From Planctomycetota bacterium (GTDB lineage: Bacteria > Planctomycetota > GCA-002687715): 64,000 bases of DNA. Shown here in pieces: positions 9,921 to 21,311 of the stretch. The notes under the pieces are model-generated. The model was not told the origin of the DNA. It searched no databases and was given only the letters and a program-made list of their open reading frames with translations. Numbering within the stretch: position 1 is the first letter of the stretch; every line of letters begins with the position of its first letter. The DNA is taken from NCBI GenBank assembly GCA_009691765.1, contig SIAO01000002.1, positions 154,415-218,414 on the forward strand. The letters run 5' to 3'. Position numbers and translations under genes: made by a program.

Positions 9921-10957
9921 AGCGGCTGCTCCCAAAAGTGCTCTGACAGGCGCAGCAGCAAAGCCACACCGGCATCGAGGTCGGCGCGCGTCAGATGTTC
10001 GTGTGCCGTGTGTGCCACTTCAATGGCGCCGGGCCCGGCGAGCACCACAGTCCGGGACGGCACCAAAGCGCGCACGCGCGGGGCATCACTACCGAACGAC
10101 ACCATGGCTCGCGGAAACCCTGGCACTTCCGGGAAGCGCGCCGCAGGCGTGTGGTTGAGTTGCTGCACCTGTCCGCATTCGGGTTTGTGAGCTTGCACTA
10201 ATTCCGTGAAGTTCGAATCCGGCAATTCGCGCAGCAATAGGACCGCTGCAGCGTGCTCGGGAACAATGTTGGGCGCACAGCCTCCACTGATTTGTCCGAG
10301 ATTCCACACCTCGGGGCCGAGCTCTGCGTCAGCAGGCCGCTCTTCCATGCGCAGTGCTTGGACCCAATCCAATAACGGCCAAATAGCACTGCGGCCAAGC
10401 TCTGGAGTGCCACTGTGCGCTGGCTCGCCTTTGCAAGTGAGTTGCAGAATACGCACACCGCGCTGGCCCGACCCCAACACATTGTGCGTGGGCTCGCCGT
10501 TGAACACTGCACGCAGTTGCGGGAAGCGTCCGCGCAGAGTGAGCTCCGCATGTTTCGCGCCAAGCGAATCGGTTTCTTCACCCACAACTCCCAACCATGC
10601 CACATCATGCATGCCGCGTTGCGCCAACGCTGCGATGGCAGCGAATTGCGCCACCATCTGCCCTTTGGCATCGCAAGTGCCGCGCCCGTAGAGCGTGTCG
10701 CCTTTGAGATGTGGCGCAATGAACGGTGGCACGGTGTCGCAATGCGTACTGAACAACAGCTTTGGTGTGCCGCGCCACGCGAGCACATTGTGCCGACCTG
10801 GCGCAACTTCGATCAGTTCCACTTTCAGTCCGAGGCCAGCGAGCTGCGCATGCAACACGGGCAGCAAGCGGTCTTCCACTCCTGTGGTCGAATCCACAGC
10901 GCAAAGCTCGCGCAGCGCTCTGAATCGCCCTTCAGAAGTGAGGAACTCGCTGACCAT
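9917..10957 (-). CDS. M20 metallohydrolase (ArgE/DapE family), probable succinyl-DAP desuccinylase
   Basis: HCDTVPP, GRGTCDAKG, GEE, GEPT, AHTAHE metal-binding motifs; first gene of the dap operon. Start ATG 10957 (or GTG 10978). Confidence 0.8.
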   Translation of the reverse strand: MVSEFLTSEGRFRALRELCAVDSTTGVEDRLLPVLHAQLAGLGLKVELIEVAPGRHNVLAWRGTPKLLFSTHCDTVPPFIAPHLKGDTLYGRGTCDAKGQMVAQFAAIAALAQRGMHDVAWLGVVGEETDSLGAKHAELTLRGRFPQLRAVFNGEPTHNVLGSGQRGVRILQLTCKGEPAHSGTPELGRSAIWPLLDWVQALRMEERPADAELGPEVWNLGQISGGCAPNIVPEHAAAVLLLRELPDSNFTELVQAHKPECGQVQQLNHTPAARFPEVPGFPRAMVSFGSDAPRVRALVPSRTVVLAGPGAIEVAHTAHEHLTRADLDAGVALLLRLSEHFWEQPL

Positions 10958-11025
10958 GGTTGCAAGTATGGCCGCCACAATGCGCGAACGCCAGCGGCAG
11001 GCCTAACAGGGCACGCCGTGATGCA

Positions 11026-11553
11026 TCAAAGCAATGCGCTCAGTGCACTGAAGACCGCGTCGGGTGCGCCGTCAGCCGGGATCGAAAGTTCGGCACAAGC
11101 GCGATAGAGCCGGGTGCGCATGGCGTGAAGCATGCGCGCCTCCTCGCTCGAGCTACGACCCACCAACAACGGACGCGTGCTGGCATCCGAGTCGGCAAGA
11201 GCGCGACGCACGGCCTCATCCGCAGAAAGTTCGAGATGAATCACCCGGCCAAAACTCTGCAGCAATGCAGCAGATTCCAGCACCGTCGGCGTCCCACCGC
11301 CTGCAGCCAGCACAAGACCACGTGGGACTGATACAGCACAAACCGCACGCAGTGCAGTGAGTTCTGCCTCACGAAACGCTGCCTCACCTTCGCTACGAAT
11401 CCACTCGGCTGGACTCCGCCCAGTGCACTCCTCCACCACAGCATCAAGATCCGCAAAGTCCGCGCCGAGATGCGCCGCCAAACGCCGCCCGAGCGTGGTT
11501 TTCCCACTGCGACGTAGACCGATTAGAGCGATATTCGTTCGCGCAGCGCCCAT
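11026..11553 (-). CDS. aroK: Shikimate kinase
   Basis: GLRRSGKTT, DLD, GEAAFREAE, AGGG, RPLL. Confidence 0.92.
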   Translation of the reverse strand: MGAARTNIALIGLRRSGKTTLGRRLAAHLGADFADLDAVVEECTGRSPAEWIRSEGEAAFREAELTALRAVCAVSVPRGLVLAAGGGTPTVLESAALLQSFGRVIHLELSADEAVRRALADSDASTRPLLVGRSSSEEARMLHAMRTRLYRACAELSIPADGAPDAVFSALSALL

Positions 11554-13001
11554 GTCACCGCTTCTTTCACATGACGCGTCACGTTAGGCAAGTGCCCCCA
11601 CCAGATATTCATCTGGTGCGTCGCTTGAACGGCATACATGCGCTCACCCCCGAGCAGTTTCGCGCCACGCGCGCGTCCTGCACGTAACAAGCTGGTTTCA
11701 CGGGGGCGGTAATTCATGTCGAACAGAATCTGCCCCTGCGCCAAGAGTTTTTCCGGAACGGGCAACACACCCGGTGCGCGACTACCGCCCACAGGTGTGG
11801 CATTCACGATGACTCGCGGTGGACTATCGATCTGTGCAGCAGCGTGGACACCCAAGTCCTGCGCCACATGCTCTGCGCGCTCCATGTTGCGGTTGGTCAC
11901 CGTCACTTCGAAACCGAGTTGCAAGAGAGCGAGCGCCGCGGCGCGCGCCGCTCCGCCAGCACCAACGACCAACGCAGCGCCACGCGCTGTGTCTTCACCC
12001 AACGCATCGAGCATCACTTCGCGGACACCGTAGTAGTCCGTATTCCATGCCGTGAGTTTGCCATCCTGCATGTGCAACGTGTTGGCTGCACCGATTGCGC
12101 GCGCCAGCGGATGAACGCTGTCCGCAGCATGCAGCACTGATTCTTTCAGTGGTGAAGTCACCGACACTCCACGCAGATTCAGGCGACGCATCATTTCACG
12201 CAAACCACCAATGCCTTGCGTCGGCAAGGGCACATAGATGGCGGGGAGTTTGATGGCGCGAAACACTTGCGCAAACACCAACGGTCCGATGCTCGTGGCG
12301 GGGTGCTCCGCCAAGATCGCGAAAGCGGCTACTGGCTCCGGCAAACTGCTGTCCGGATAATAGAGCGTGGTGAGGTCCAACATGTCTGGCAAACCCGGAG
12401 CACTGAGTTGTTCGCGCGCCGAGCTGCCGCGTGCACGCGCATAAACCCACGGAGAACCAATGCGTCGAAACAACAAACGCGTCCCGAGGGCATCGGCACC
12501 CAGACCGAAGGCCACCACTTTGCCTGGTGCTGAATCGCAAGCCCGCGTGAGCGCAAGAACATCAGCAGCATTATTCACTTTCGTCGCAAGTTTCACTTTG
12601 TCCGCTTGATGCTGCAACGCCAGCGACACGAGCGCTTCAAGATCACGGGGTGTCGTTGTCGGGTCGTGGTGCGAGACGAGTAACTTGCGGCCGCGCGGGC
12701 CCGTCCAACGCGCAACGGCATCCAATTCAACATCCACCATCACAGCGCCACAACGCAGAGCGCGTTGCAATAAAGCGAAGCGCGCTTCTTCACTGCCTTT
12801 CCACCAACCACCATCGGTTTCGCGACGACACGTGGCCAAGACTGGCAATGGCGCGCCCAGAATCACATCGCAATCTGGTTGGTCCAGCGCATCGAGACGC
12901 AGCTCCGCCATGACACCGCCCGGCGCATGTGCTGCCGCGAGATGCCGAAACACATCTAGCACGCACGCGGCGTTGCGTTCCGCTACCACTGCAATAATCA
13001 T
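11523..13001 (-). CDS. aroDE: Bifunctional type I 3-dehydroquinate dehydratase / shikimate dehydrogenase
   Basis: N-terminal ELRLD, TCR..DGG, VDVEL, VSHHD, KLA; C-terminal VTSPLK, GAANT, NTD, GAGGAA, NATPVG. Confidence 0.88.
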   Translation of the reverse strand: MIIAVVAERNAACVLDVFRHLAAAHAPGGVMAELRLDALDQPDCDVILGAPLPVLATCRRETDGGWWKGSEEARFALLQRALRCGAVMVDVELDAVARWTGPRGRKLLVSHHDPTTTPRDLEALVSLALQHQADKVKLATKVNNAADVLALTRACDSAPGKVVAFGLGADALGTRLLFRRIGSPWVYARARGSSAREQLSAPGLPDMLDLTTLYYPDSSLPEPVAAFAILAEHPATSIGPLVFAQVFRAIKLPAIYVPLPTQGIGGLREMMRRLNLRGVSVTSPLKESVLHAADSVHPLARAIGAANTLHMQDGKLTAWNTDYYGVREVMLDALGEDTARGAALVVGAGGAARAAALALLQLGFEVTVTNRNMERAEHVAQDLGVHAAAQIDSPPRVIVNATPVGGSRAPGVLPVPEKLLAQGQILFDMNYRPRETSLLRAGRARGAKLLGGERMYAVQATHQMNIWWGHLPNVTRHVKEAVTWALRERISL

Positions 13002-13864
13002 GCGTGCTCCTCACCCAACAACCGCTGCATCGCACCAAGCTGCCGCGCATCCCCACTCTGCTGGGCCACGCGCAACAATGCTGCATACACCGTGCGCAAC
13101 AACTCAGCATCAGCGCCGTGATGCAGCTCCATGTGCGCAAGATGCCGCTGCACTGTGCCGACGTCACCACGCTGCACCGGACCCGTCAACGCAACCGGGC
13201 CGAGCACCGCCGCATTCGCCAACGCCATACTTGCCAAAGAGGCAAGCTCACGCCGCGCATCCGCCGCTGAAAACCCAGCGCGCATCCAAACTTGAATAGC
13301 CACTTCGAGCAACGCAATCACGCCATTGCCAGCGAGCGCTGCGCCAAGGTGATACGCCGTGCGTTGCGCGGCCGGTACGCGCAACGGGTGCCCGCCGAGC
13401 TCCGTGGCCAACGCGTCCAGCGCAGCAGCGCATTCCGGCGCAGCATCTACGGCCACCATGGCGCCTCCAAGATCCATAGGCGCATCATCGCCATTGGCCA
13501 GCGAGCGCAACGGATGAAAGGCGGCTGTCTGCAATCCGCGCGCGGCAAGCGGCGCCAACACATCGCGCCCATGCATGGCGCTCAGATGCACGACCGTCGC
13601 GTTGCGAGGCAACGGCCCAGCAGCAATGTTGGCCGCTACTTGTGCGAGCACATCATCAGGCACCGACAGCAACAGCCACGCATCCTCGGGAAGCTGCGGC
13701 AACGCAGCCGTCCATGGTGCGCCGAGCAGTGCGCGTGCTCGCGCCCCAGTAATACCGGATCCACCGCTCAATGACAGCACTTGAGTGCCGCGCGCCGCGA
13801 GCATGCGCGCCAGCCCTGTGCCTGCTTTCCCTGGCCCATGCACATGCAGTTGCTGCACAATCAT
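12998..13864 (-). CDS. panG: Rossmann-like plus DUF2520 protein (PanG-type ketopantoate reductase)
   Basis: GPGKAG, VPDD, HLS, FHPL, AYH, ALTGPVQRGD..TVQRH; near panC. Confidence 0.75.
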   Translation of the reverse strand: MIVQQLHVHGPGKAGTGLARMLAARGTQVLSLSGGSGITGARARALLGAPWTAALPQLPEDAWLLLSVPDDVLAQVAANIAAGPLPRNATVVHLSAMHGRDVLAPLAARGLQTAAFHPLRSLANGDDAPMDLGGAMVAVDAAPECAAALDALATELGGHPLRVPAAQRTAYHLGAALAGNGVIALLEVAIQVWMRAGFSAADARRELASLASMALANAAVLGPVALTGPVQRGDVGTVQRHLAHMELHHGADAELLRTVYAALLRVAQQSGDARQLGAMQRLLGEEHA

Positions 13865-14715
13865 GCAGACTCCGGCGGACGAGACTTCACCGCGTACGCC
13901 ATCCAGTCTTTGCGAGTGTTCAGACGTGTGGCCACGATTTCAGCGTCTGCGCGATCTTTCGCGAGGAAAAATAACGCCCCGCCGCTGCCCGACAGGTGCG
14001 GCGTGCGTCCACCCAACATGCGCGCTTCGGCACGCAGCCCGCCCAATTCAGGACTGACTCCGAATGCGGCTTCTTCGAGACGGTTGAACAATAGAGTCGC
14101 TTCGAGTGGCAGCCCGTCGCGCAGCGCGCTGAGCAAGCGCCCCGGACCCTCATTGTGTGTTGGCACCTGCAACGCGCCGTACACCGCAGCGGTGGAAGTG
14201 CTGGCCTTCGAGACCAGAATCACATAATGACGCTCGCCGCGTGCCGCCACAGGCTGAACAACTTCGCCGCGTCCCGTGCACAGACACACACCGCCGTGGA
14301 CGAAGAACGCGGTGTCGCTGCCCACCTTAGACACGATTTTTTGCAATCGCTCACGCGGACATTCGACACCATGGAGTTGCAACACTCCGCGCAACGCGGT
14401 GACCGCGTCGCTTGAACCCGCACCCAACCCCGTACCTGGGGGCAGCACTTTGCGCAGCGTGATGGCTGCGGGCAATGCCACGCCCAATTCCGCTTCCGCG
14501 GCGCGCACAGCTTTCCACACAATATTGTCGGCACCACCCGGCACATCGGCGCGATCGGAGCGCACAGAGAGTTCAGATGCCGTCGCCACCTTCACCGTGT
14601 CGCCGAAATCCACACACTCCATCACCGTAACGATTTCGTGATAGCCGCTGCTCTGACGCTCACGCACTTCAAGAAACAGATTCAGCTTCACAGGTGCGGC
14701 GAAAGCGAGGCTCAT
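13861..14715 (-). CDS. ispE: 4-diphosphocytidyl-2-C-methyl-D-erythritol kinase
   Basis: APVKLNLFL, GYHEI, PPGTGLGAGSSDA, GSD, LSGSG. Confidence 0.93.
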   Translation of the reverse strand: MSLAFAAPVKLNLFLEVRERQSSGYHEIVTVMECVDFGDTVKVATASELSVRSDRADVPGGADNIVWKAVRAAEAELGVALPAAITLRKVLPPGTGLGAGSSDAVTALRGVLQLHGVECPRERLQKIVSKVGSDTAFFVHGGVCLCTGRGEVVQPVAARGERHYVILVSKASTSTAAVYGALQVPTHNEGPGRLLSALRDGLPLEATLLFNRLEEAAFGVSPELGGLRAEARMLGGRTPHLSGSGGALFFLAKDRADAEIVATRLNTRKDWMAYAVKSRPPESA

Positions 14716-15581
14716 GGCGCGGTCTCCATGCCGAGTAAGGCATTGTCGATGAGGCGCGCAGAACCGAGGAACGCTGCCACGGCCACCACATCGCCCGTTT
14801 GCACACTGCCGCAGCGTTGCGACAAGTCCTGCGCATCACGCACTTCCAGATAATCCAAACGAAAGCGCGGCTCTGCGGCAATGCGTGTGCGCCCAAATTC
14901 TGTCAGGGTGGCTGCATCGCGCTGGCCCGCGCGGAAAGCTCGGTCCATCTGCAACAGTGCGGCGCGCAAGCCTATTGCCACTGCCCGCTCGGGCGCGCTC
15001 AAGTAACGATTGCGACTCGACATAGCGAGTCCATCGGCTTCGCGCAGCGTTGGGCACACTTCAATCTGCACCGGCAAATTCAAATCCCGCACCATGCGCC
15101 GAATAAGCAGCGCCTGCTGAAAGTCTTTGCGGCCGAAGCAAGCAACATCTGGCTGCACCATGTTCAACAGTTTCAATACCACAGTGAGCACACCGTCGAA
15201 GTGCCCTGGACGCGAACGCCCGCAAAGCACCTCTGTCATGCCAGGCATGTGCACTGTGGTGAAAAACCCCTGCGGATAAATCTCTTCCACTGCAGGCATG
15301 AACAAGAAACGACAACCGGAGGTTTCGAGCAAGGCAATATCGGCATCGGGCGTGCGCGGATACTGCGCTAAATCTTCCTTCGGCCCGAATTGCAACGGAT
15401 TCACGAAGATGCTGACCACCACGCAATCGCTCAAGGCGCGAGCTCGCTCCACCAGTGATGCGTGCCCAGCATGGAGCGCACCCATCGTGGGCACAAACCC
15501 GATACGTTGACCCGCGCTGCGCTGCTCATGAAGCGCGCCGCGCAATTCGGGCACGGAGCGCAACACTCGGAGAGTGGGCAT
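14712..15581 (-). CDS. panC: Pantoate--beta-alanine ligase
   Basis: VPTMGALHAGH, FVNPLQF, RPGHFDGV, FGRKDFQQ, GLAMSSRN, RLIDN. Confidence 0.95.
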   Translation of the reverse strand: MPTLRVLRSVPELRGALHEQRSAGQRIGFVPTMGALHAGHASLVERARALSDCVVVSIFVNPLQFGPKEDLAQYPRTPDADIALLETSGCRFLFMPAVEEIYPQGFFTTVHMPGMTEVLCGRSRPGHFDGVLTVVLKLLNMVQPDVACFGRKDFQQALLIRRMVRDLNLPVQIEVCPTLREADGLAMSSRNRYLSAPERAVAIGLRAALLQMDRAFRAGQRDAATLTEFGRTRIAAEPRFRLDYLEVRDAQDLSQRCGSVQTGDVVAVAAFLGSARLIDNALLGMETAP

Positions 15582-15586
15582 GGTGC

Positions 15587-16099
15587 TCAGCCGCTGGCTT
15601 CCGCTTCGACCCACTCGCCGAAGCGCCGCACGCCACAATCGGCCGGCAATTCGTGGCGCAATTGCAACATCGTCTTGCCGCTTTGTGGATGCACCATCTT
15701 CGGCGCGATCTCTGCTGCTGGAATCAACACAAAGCCGCGCTCCCTCATGCGCGGATGCGGCACGACCAACGAAGCCGTAGCCATGCAGCGTTCGCCTTGC
15801 AGCAACAGATCCAAATCCAGCGTGCGCGGAGCCCCAACTTGTGAACGCGTGCGTCCGTGCCGCGCTTCTAACCCTTGCAAGTGCGCGAGCACAATCTGCG
15901 GAGGCAAATTGCATTCAAAGAGCGCGCACGCATTAAGGAATAGGCCCTGCGGCAAATCCGCAATAGGTTCGGTTTCGTACAAGGCGGACTGTGCAAGCAA
16001 GCGCAATCCCGGCACGCAGGAGAGGGAATGCAATGCAGCGCGGAGCGCGACAGTGCGGTCACCAAGGTTCGAGCCGAAGCCTATGAGCAACTGTTCCAT
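15587..16099 (-). CDS. folK: 2-amino-4-hydroxy-6-hydroxymethyldihydropteridine diphosphokinase
   Basis: GSNLGD, YETEP, FLNA, PRTLDLDLL, PHPRMRERGFVL. Confidence 0.95.
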   Translation of the reverse strand: MEQLLIGFGSNLGDRTVALRAALHSLSCVPGLRLLAQSALYETEPIADLPQGLFLNACALFECNLPPQIVLAHLQGLEARHGRTRSQVGAPRTLDLDLLLQGERCMATASLVVPHPRMRERGFVLIPAAEIAPKMVHPQSGKTMLQLRHELPADCGVRRFGEWVEAEASG

Positions 16100-16106
16100 C
16101 GCTTCG

Positions 16107-16937
16107 TCAATTCTGCGCCGTCGTTGCCGGAGTACGCCGCGTGAAGACCGCAAGCAACGGACCGCTTGCCGCGAAAGCCACGCAGGTGAGCGGCACCATG
16201 ATTTCGAAATACATCGCGAAGAGTGCGAAGAGCCCCACGATCACTGCCATAGTGGTGAAGCTCTTGCGCTTGAATAACCACAGCGTGAGATGCACATAGC
16301 GCAGGCGGCTGACCATCAGCAACCCGCAGAGCCCGACAGCCCAAGGCAAACCGTGCCGCACCCAGGAATCTCCTGCTGCGTCGATGTCGGCGTTCAGAAT
16401 CACGAGCGAGGCGACCACCGCTGCGGCCGCCGGAGCCGGCAAGCCCTTGAACCAGCGGTGCGAATCTTCGTCGGACGTGGTCTCAATGTTGAAGCGTGCG
16501 AGGCGCAAAGCAGCACCTGCGATATACACCGACGCCAGCACCACGGCCACGCGGGCTCCGATGAATGTCTCGCCGCTGGTCATCAGTTGGTGAAAGAGCA
16601 ACGCTGGCGCCGCACCGAAACTCACCACATCGCAGATGGAATCCACCTGCTCGCCGAAGCGGCTGGTCTGCCCTGTCATGCGTGCGACTTTGCCGTCCAC
16701 CGCATCGAACACCATGGCGAGGAACAACAGCCCGCCCGCTTGCGCTTGCAATTCAGTGCGCACAAGAGCGTCGGTGGTCGCAGCCGCCGCGAGACACTTC
16801 ATCATCGCAATGAGGCCCGCGATGAGATTGCCAAGCGTGACCAAGGTGGGCAGGACTTGCACCGGGCGGATGCGCTTCTTAGTGCTGCGAGACGTTTCAC
16901 TTGGCCTAGCGCGTTGGCTTTCGGGACTCACGTTCAC
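16107..16937 (-). CDS. pssA: CDP-diacylglycerol--serine O-phosphatidyltransferase
   Basis: DAVDGKVAR...FGEQVDSICDVVSFG, ALRLARFN, FKGLPAP. Confidence 0.92.
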   Translation of the reverse strand: MNVSPESQRARPSETSRSTKKRIRPVQVLPTLVTLGNLIAGLIAMMKCLAAAATTDALVRTELQAQAGGLLFLAMVFDAVDGKVARMTGQTSRFGEQVDSICDVVSFGAAPALLFHQLMTSGETFIGARVAVVLASVYIAGAALRLARFNIETTSDEDSHRWFKGLPAPAAAAVVASLVILNADIDAAGDSWVRHGLPWAVGLCGLLMVSRLRYVHLTLWLFKRKSFTTMAVIVGLFALFAMYFEIMVPLTCVAFAASGPLLAVFTRRTPATTAQN

Positions 16938-17620
16938 TTTGGGGACTCCTTCAGACGCGCCAGCGCATCGGCGCCACCCTTCACTCGGTCTCCCACCCGC
17001 ACGAAAACCTCAGCCACCAAGTCGCGCGGCAAAAACACCTCGGCACGGCTACCGAATTTGATCATGCCGTAGCGCTCGCCACGCGCGAAACTCTGTCCCA
17101 AAGGCGCTGGGCAGACGATGCGGCGCGCAATCGCACCCGCGATTTGACGCACCAGCACTTTGCGGGGCCCCGAAGGCAGGTCTATCAGTAGCCCCAAGTC
17201 CATAGCCTCGTTGCGCTCGCTGCCAGCAGGGTCCCGAGCATCGAGAAATGCGCCAGGGCGATGCGCCAAGTGGCACACCGTCCCCTTCAGCGGCACTCGG
17301 TTCACGTGCACATCGAACACTGACAAGAAGATGCCGATGCGCACACACGGTCCACCGGTGAACTCGTTGGCCGGGATTTCCAGCACGTCGGTGACTTTGC
17401 CGTCCGCTGGGCTGACGCAGACATCTTCGCCTGCGGGCAGTGGCCGGTCCGGATCACGGAAGAAATTGAGCACGAAGGCATAGGCGCCGCCGCCCACAAT
17501 GGCGCAAACCACGCCAAACGGGCCACCCACGAGCACGAAGCCCGTAGCCGCACCTCCGAGAAAGAGCACGGCGAAAGCTGCGAGCTCTGGGATGCCATGG
17601 GGTGTGAGAGGCAAACGCAT
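16934..17620 (-). CDS. psd: Phosphatidylserine decarboxylase proenzyme
   Basis: FFRDPDR, SPADGKV, IFLSVFDVHVNR, QIAG, IKFGSR self-cleavage site. Confidence 0.93.
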   Translation of the reverse strand: MRLPLTPHGIPELAAFAVLFLGGAATGFVLVGGPFGVVCAIVGGGAYAFVLNFFRDPDRPLPAGEDVCVSPADGKVTDVLEIPANEFTGGPCVRIGIFLSVFDVHVNRVPLKGTVCHLAHRPGAFLDARDPAGSERNEAMDLGLLIDLPSGPRKVLVRQIAGAIARRIVCPAPLGQSFARGERYGMIKFGSRAEVFLPRDLVAEVFVRVGDRVKGGADALARLKESPK

Positions 17621-17649
17621 TGGGGCGCCCATCGTAGGGCGGTTTGTAG

Positions 17650-18975
<1,326 letters not shown>

Positions 18976-19018
18976 AGCAGGTTTGCGCTGACGCAGAGCT
19001 TCCGGGGAGGAGGCGTTC

Positions 19019-19333
19019 GTGGACACTGATGATGCCAAGGCGCACCTGCGCCACACGCTTTTCTGGAGCGCGATGGGCCTCTTGGGACTCATCTTGTTCT
19101 TCGGGCAGTACTTGCCTGCGGTGCGCGACGCCGCCGACACCCGCGACCTCGTCGTACGCCTCGAACTGCGCATCGGCGAACTCCAAGCGGAGCGCGACAT
19201 GCTGCAAGCCCGTATCGCAGCAGTAGATCGCGGCGATCCCCATGCCATTCAGCGCGCCTTGCGCGAACATGACATTGTGCCCGCCGGAGTCACGCGCTTG
19301 GTCGAGAATGTGCCCGGCAGACAAAGACGATAA
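19019..19333 (+). CDS. Septum formation initiator (FtsB/DivIC-like) protein
   Basis: Single N-terminal TM, heptad coiled coil, DPHAIQRALRE..IVPAG tail; directly after eno. Confidence 0.6.
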   Translation: MDTDDAKAHLRHTLFWSAMGLLGLILFFGQYLPAVRDAADTRDLVVRLELRIGELQAERDMLQARIAAVDRGDPHAIQRALREHDIVPAGVTRLVENVPGRQRR

Positions 19334-19379
19334 GCAACCGCGCGTTGGTAAACTTCGCGCCCCGGTGAGTGAAATTTGA

Positions 19380-20402
19380 ATGAGCAACATTGACACAGTG
19401 GGCGACCTCGCAGCGGTTCAAAAACTGAAAGAGGCCTATGCCTCTTTGAAGACCGAAGTGGGGCGTGTGATTGTCGGCCAAGACGCGGTGGTGGATCAGG
19501 TGCTCATGAGCATCTTCGCCCGCGGCCATGGGCTCTTGGTCGGCGTACCCGGCTTGGCCAAGACGCTGTTGGTGAGCACGCTCGCCAAATCGCTCTCGCT
19601 CAGCTTCAACCGCATTCAATTCACTCCAGACTTGATGCCTTCAGACATCACAGGCACTGAAGTCATCCAAGAAGATCGCGCGAGCGGGCAGCGACACTTC
19701 AAGTTCATCCCGGGCCCGGTGTTTGCGCATGTGGTTCTGGCCGACGAAATCAACCGCACGCCTCCGAAGACCCAAGCGGCCCTGCTCGAAGCCATGCAAG
19801 AGCATCAGGTGACGGCCGGTGGACGGCGCCACGCTTTGCCCGCTCCGTTCTTCGTGCTGGCCACGCAAAACCCCATCGAACAAGAAGGCACGTATCCGCT
19901 GCCGGAAGCGCAGCTCGACCGCTTCATGTTCATGATCCGTGTTGATTACCCTAGCGCCGCCGAAGAGCTGAAGATCATTCAAGACACCACCGGCGCGCGC
20001 AGCGTGGAGTTGCGCCAAGTTCTCAACGCCGAAGAAATCCTCGCGCTGCAAGAAACAGTGCGCCGTGTGCCGGTATCCGACCACGTCGTGAACTACGCGC
20101 TCGAATTCGCACGTCGCACGCGTATCACCACGCCCGATGCCGACGACTTCGTGAAGCAGTGGGTGGCTTGGGGTGCTGGTCCGCGCGCCAGTCAGTACTT
20201 GGTGCTCGGAGCCAAGGCCCACGCTGTCTTGCACGGCCGCACTTGGGTGAGCGGCGAAGATGTGCGCGCCGTCGCGCATCCCGTGCTGCGCCACCGCATC
20301 ATCCGCAATTTCCGCGCCGAAGCGGAAGGCATCACCACCGATGGGGTCGTCGATCACCTCATCCGCGAAATCCCGCGCGCCGCCGCAGACCGCAGCGCGT
20401 GA
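19380..20402 (+). CDS. moxR: MoxR-family AAA+ ATPase
   Basis: [49 protein letters not shown]. Confidence 0.96.
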   Translation: MSNIDTVGDLAAVQKLKEAYASLKTEVGRVIVGQDAVVDQVLMSIFARGHGLLVGVPGLAKTLLVSTLAKSLSLSFNRIQFTPDLMPSDITGTEVIQEDRASGQRHFKFIPGPVFAHVVLADEINRTPPKTQAALLEAMQEHQVTAGGRRHALPAPFFVLATQNPIEQEGTYPLPEAQLDRFMFMIRVDYPSAAEELKIIQDTTGARSVELRQVLNAEEILALQETVRRVPVSDHVVNYALEFARRTRITTPDADDFVKQWVAWGAGPRASQYLVLGAKAHAVLHGRTWVSGEDVRAVAHPVLRHRIIRNFRAEAEGITTDGVVDHLIREIPRAAADRSA

Positions 20403-20410
20403 AGCCTGCG

Positions 20411-21310
20411 ATGAGCGAGGACTATCGCAAGTACCTCGATCCGGCCGTGCTCGAAAAAGTGGCCGGGTTGGAGGTGAAAGCACGACTCGTGGTGGAGGGC
20501 TTCATGGCCGGCCGCCATGAATCGCCCTACAAAGGCTCGTCGGTGGAATTCGCGGAGCATCGCGAGTACGCACCCGGCGACGACCTGCGCCGGATCGACT
20601 GGAAGGTGTACGGCAAGTCAGACCGCTTTTATCTGAAAGAGTTTGAAGAAGAGACGAATCTGAAGGCGTACATCGCGGTGGATGCGTCAGCCTCGATGGG
20701 CTACGCCGGCGCGGGCCGTGTCAGCAAGCTCGAATACTCCAAGTACGCAGCCGCCGCCATTTTGCACTTGGTGCATCAACAGCGCGACTCGGGCGCCTTG
20801 GTCGCTTTCGGAAGTGGCATCAGCACATTCGTGCCGCCGGGCAGCAGCAGCGCGCATCACAGAAACCTCATCGAGAATCTCTCGGGGTTGAAAGCCGAAG
20901 GACCGAGCGGCATCGGGCCCGTGTTCGATGAAATCGCTTCACGCTTGCGGCAGCGTTCCCTTGTCGCAGTGTTCTCAGATTTGCTCGACGACGAAGCCTC
21001 CGTGCTGCGCGGGTTGCAACACATGGCGCATCGCGGCCACGATGTCATCCTCTTTCACGTGATGGACTCTGATGAACTCAATTTCCCTTTCGAACGGATG
21101 TCGCGCTTCGAAGGGCTCGAAGACATGGAGCGTTTGCTGCTCGATCCGAAAGCCGTGCGCGAGGCCTATCTCGCTGAAGTCAACAGTTTCCGTGCGCGAC
21201 TGACGGCCACGTGCCTCGCAGGCCGCATGGACTTCGTGGCGCTGGACACTTCCGCGCCGCTCGACAAAGCGCTTGGGACATGGCTCGCCCGACGCTCGGG
21301 GACCCGCTGA
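20411..21310 (+). CDS. DUF58 (vWA-like) protein
   Basis: GSSVEFAEHREYAPGDDLRRIDWK, MIDAS DASASM, FSD. Confidence 0.93.
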   Translation: MSEDYRKYLDPAVLEKVAGLEVKARLVVEGFMAGRHESPYKGSSVEFAEHREYAPGDDLRRIDWKVYGKSDRFYLKEFEEETNLKAYIAVDASASMGYAGAGRVSKLEYSKYAAAAILHLVHQQRDSGALVAFGSGISTFVPPGSSSAHHRNLIENLSGLKAEGPSGIGPVFDEIASRLRQRSLVAVFSDLLDDEASVLRGLQHMAHRGHDVILFHVMDSDELNFPFERMSRFEGLEDMERLLLDPKAVREAYLAEVNSFRARLTATCLAGRMDFVALDTSAPLDKALGTWLARRSGTR

Positions 21311-21311
21311 C

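Noticed and set aside
14712..15914. Long N-terminal extensions in the ORF track (panC, also dapD, folK, DUF58, rlmI, glcE)
   Set aside because: They overlap neighbouring genes; downstream starts match family N-termini and overlap or RBS patterns.
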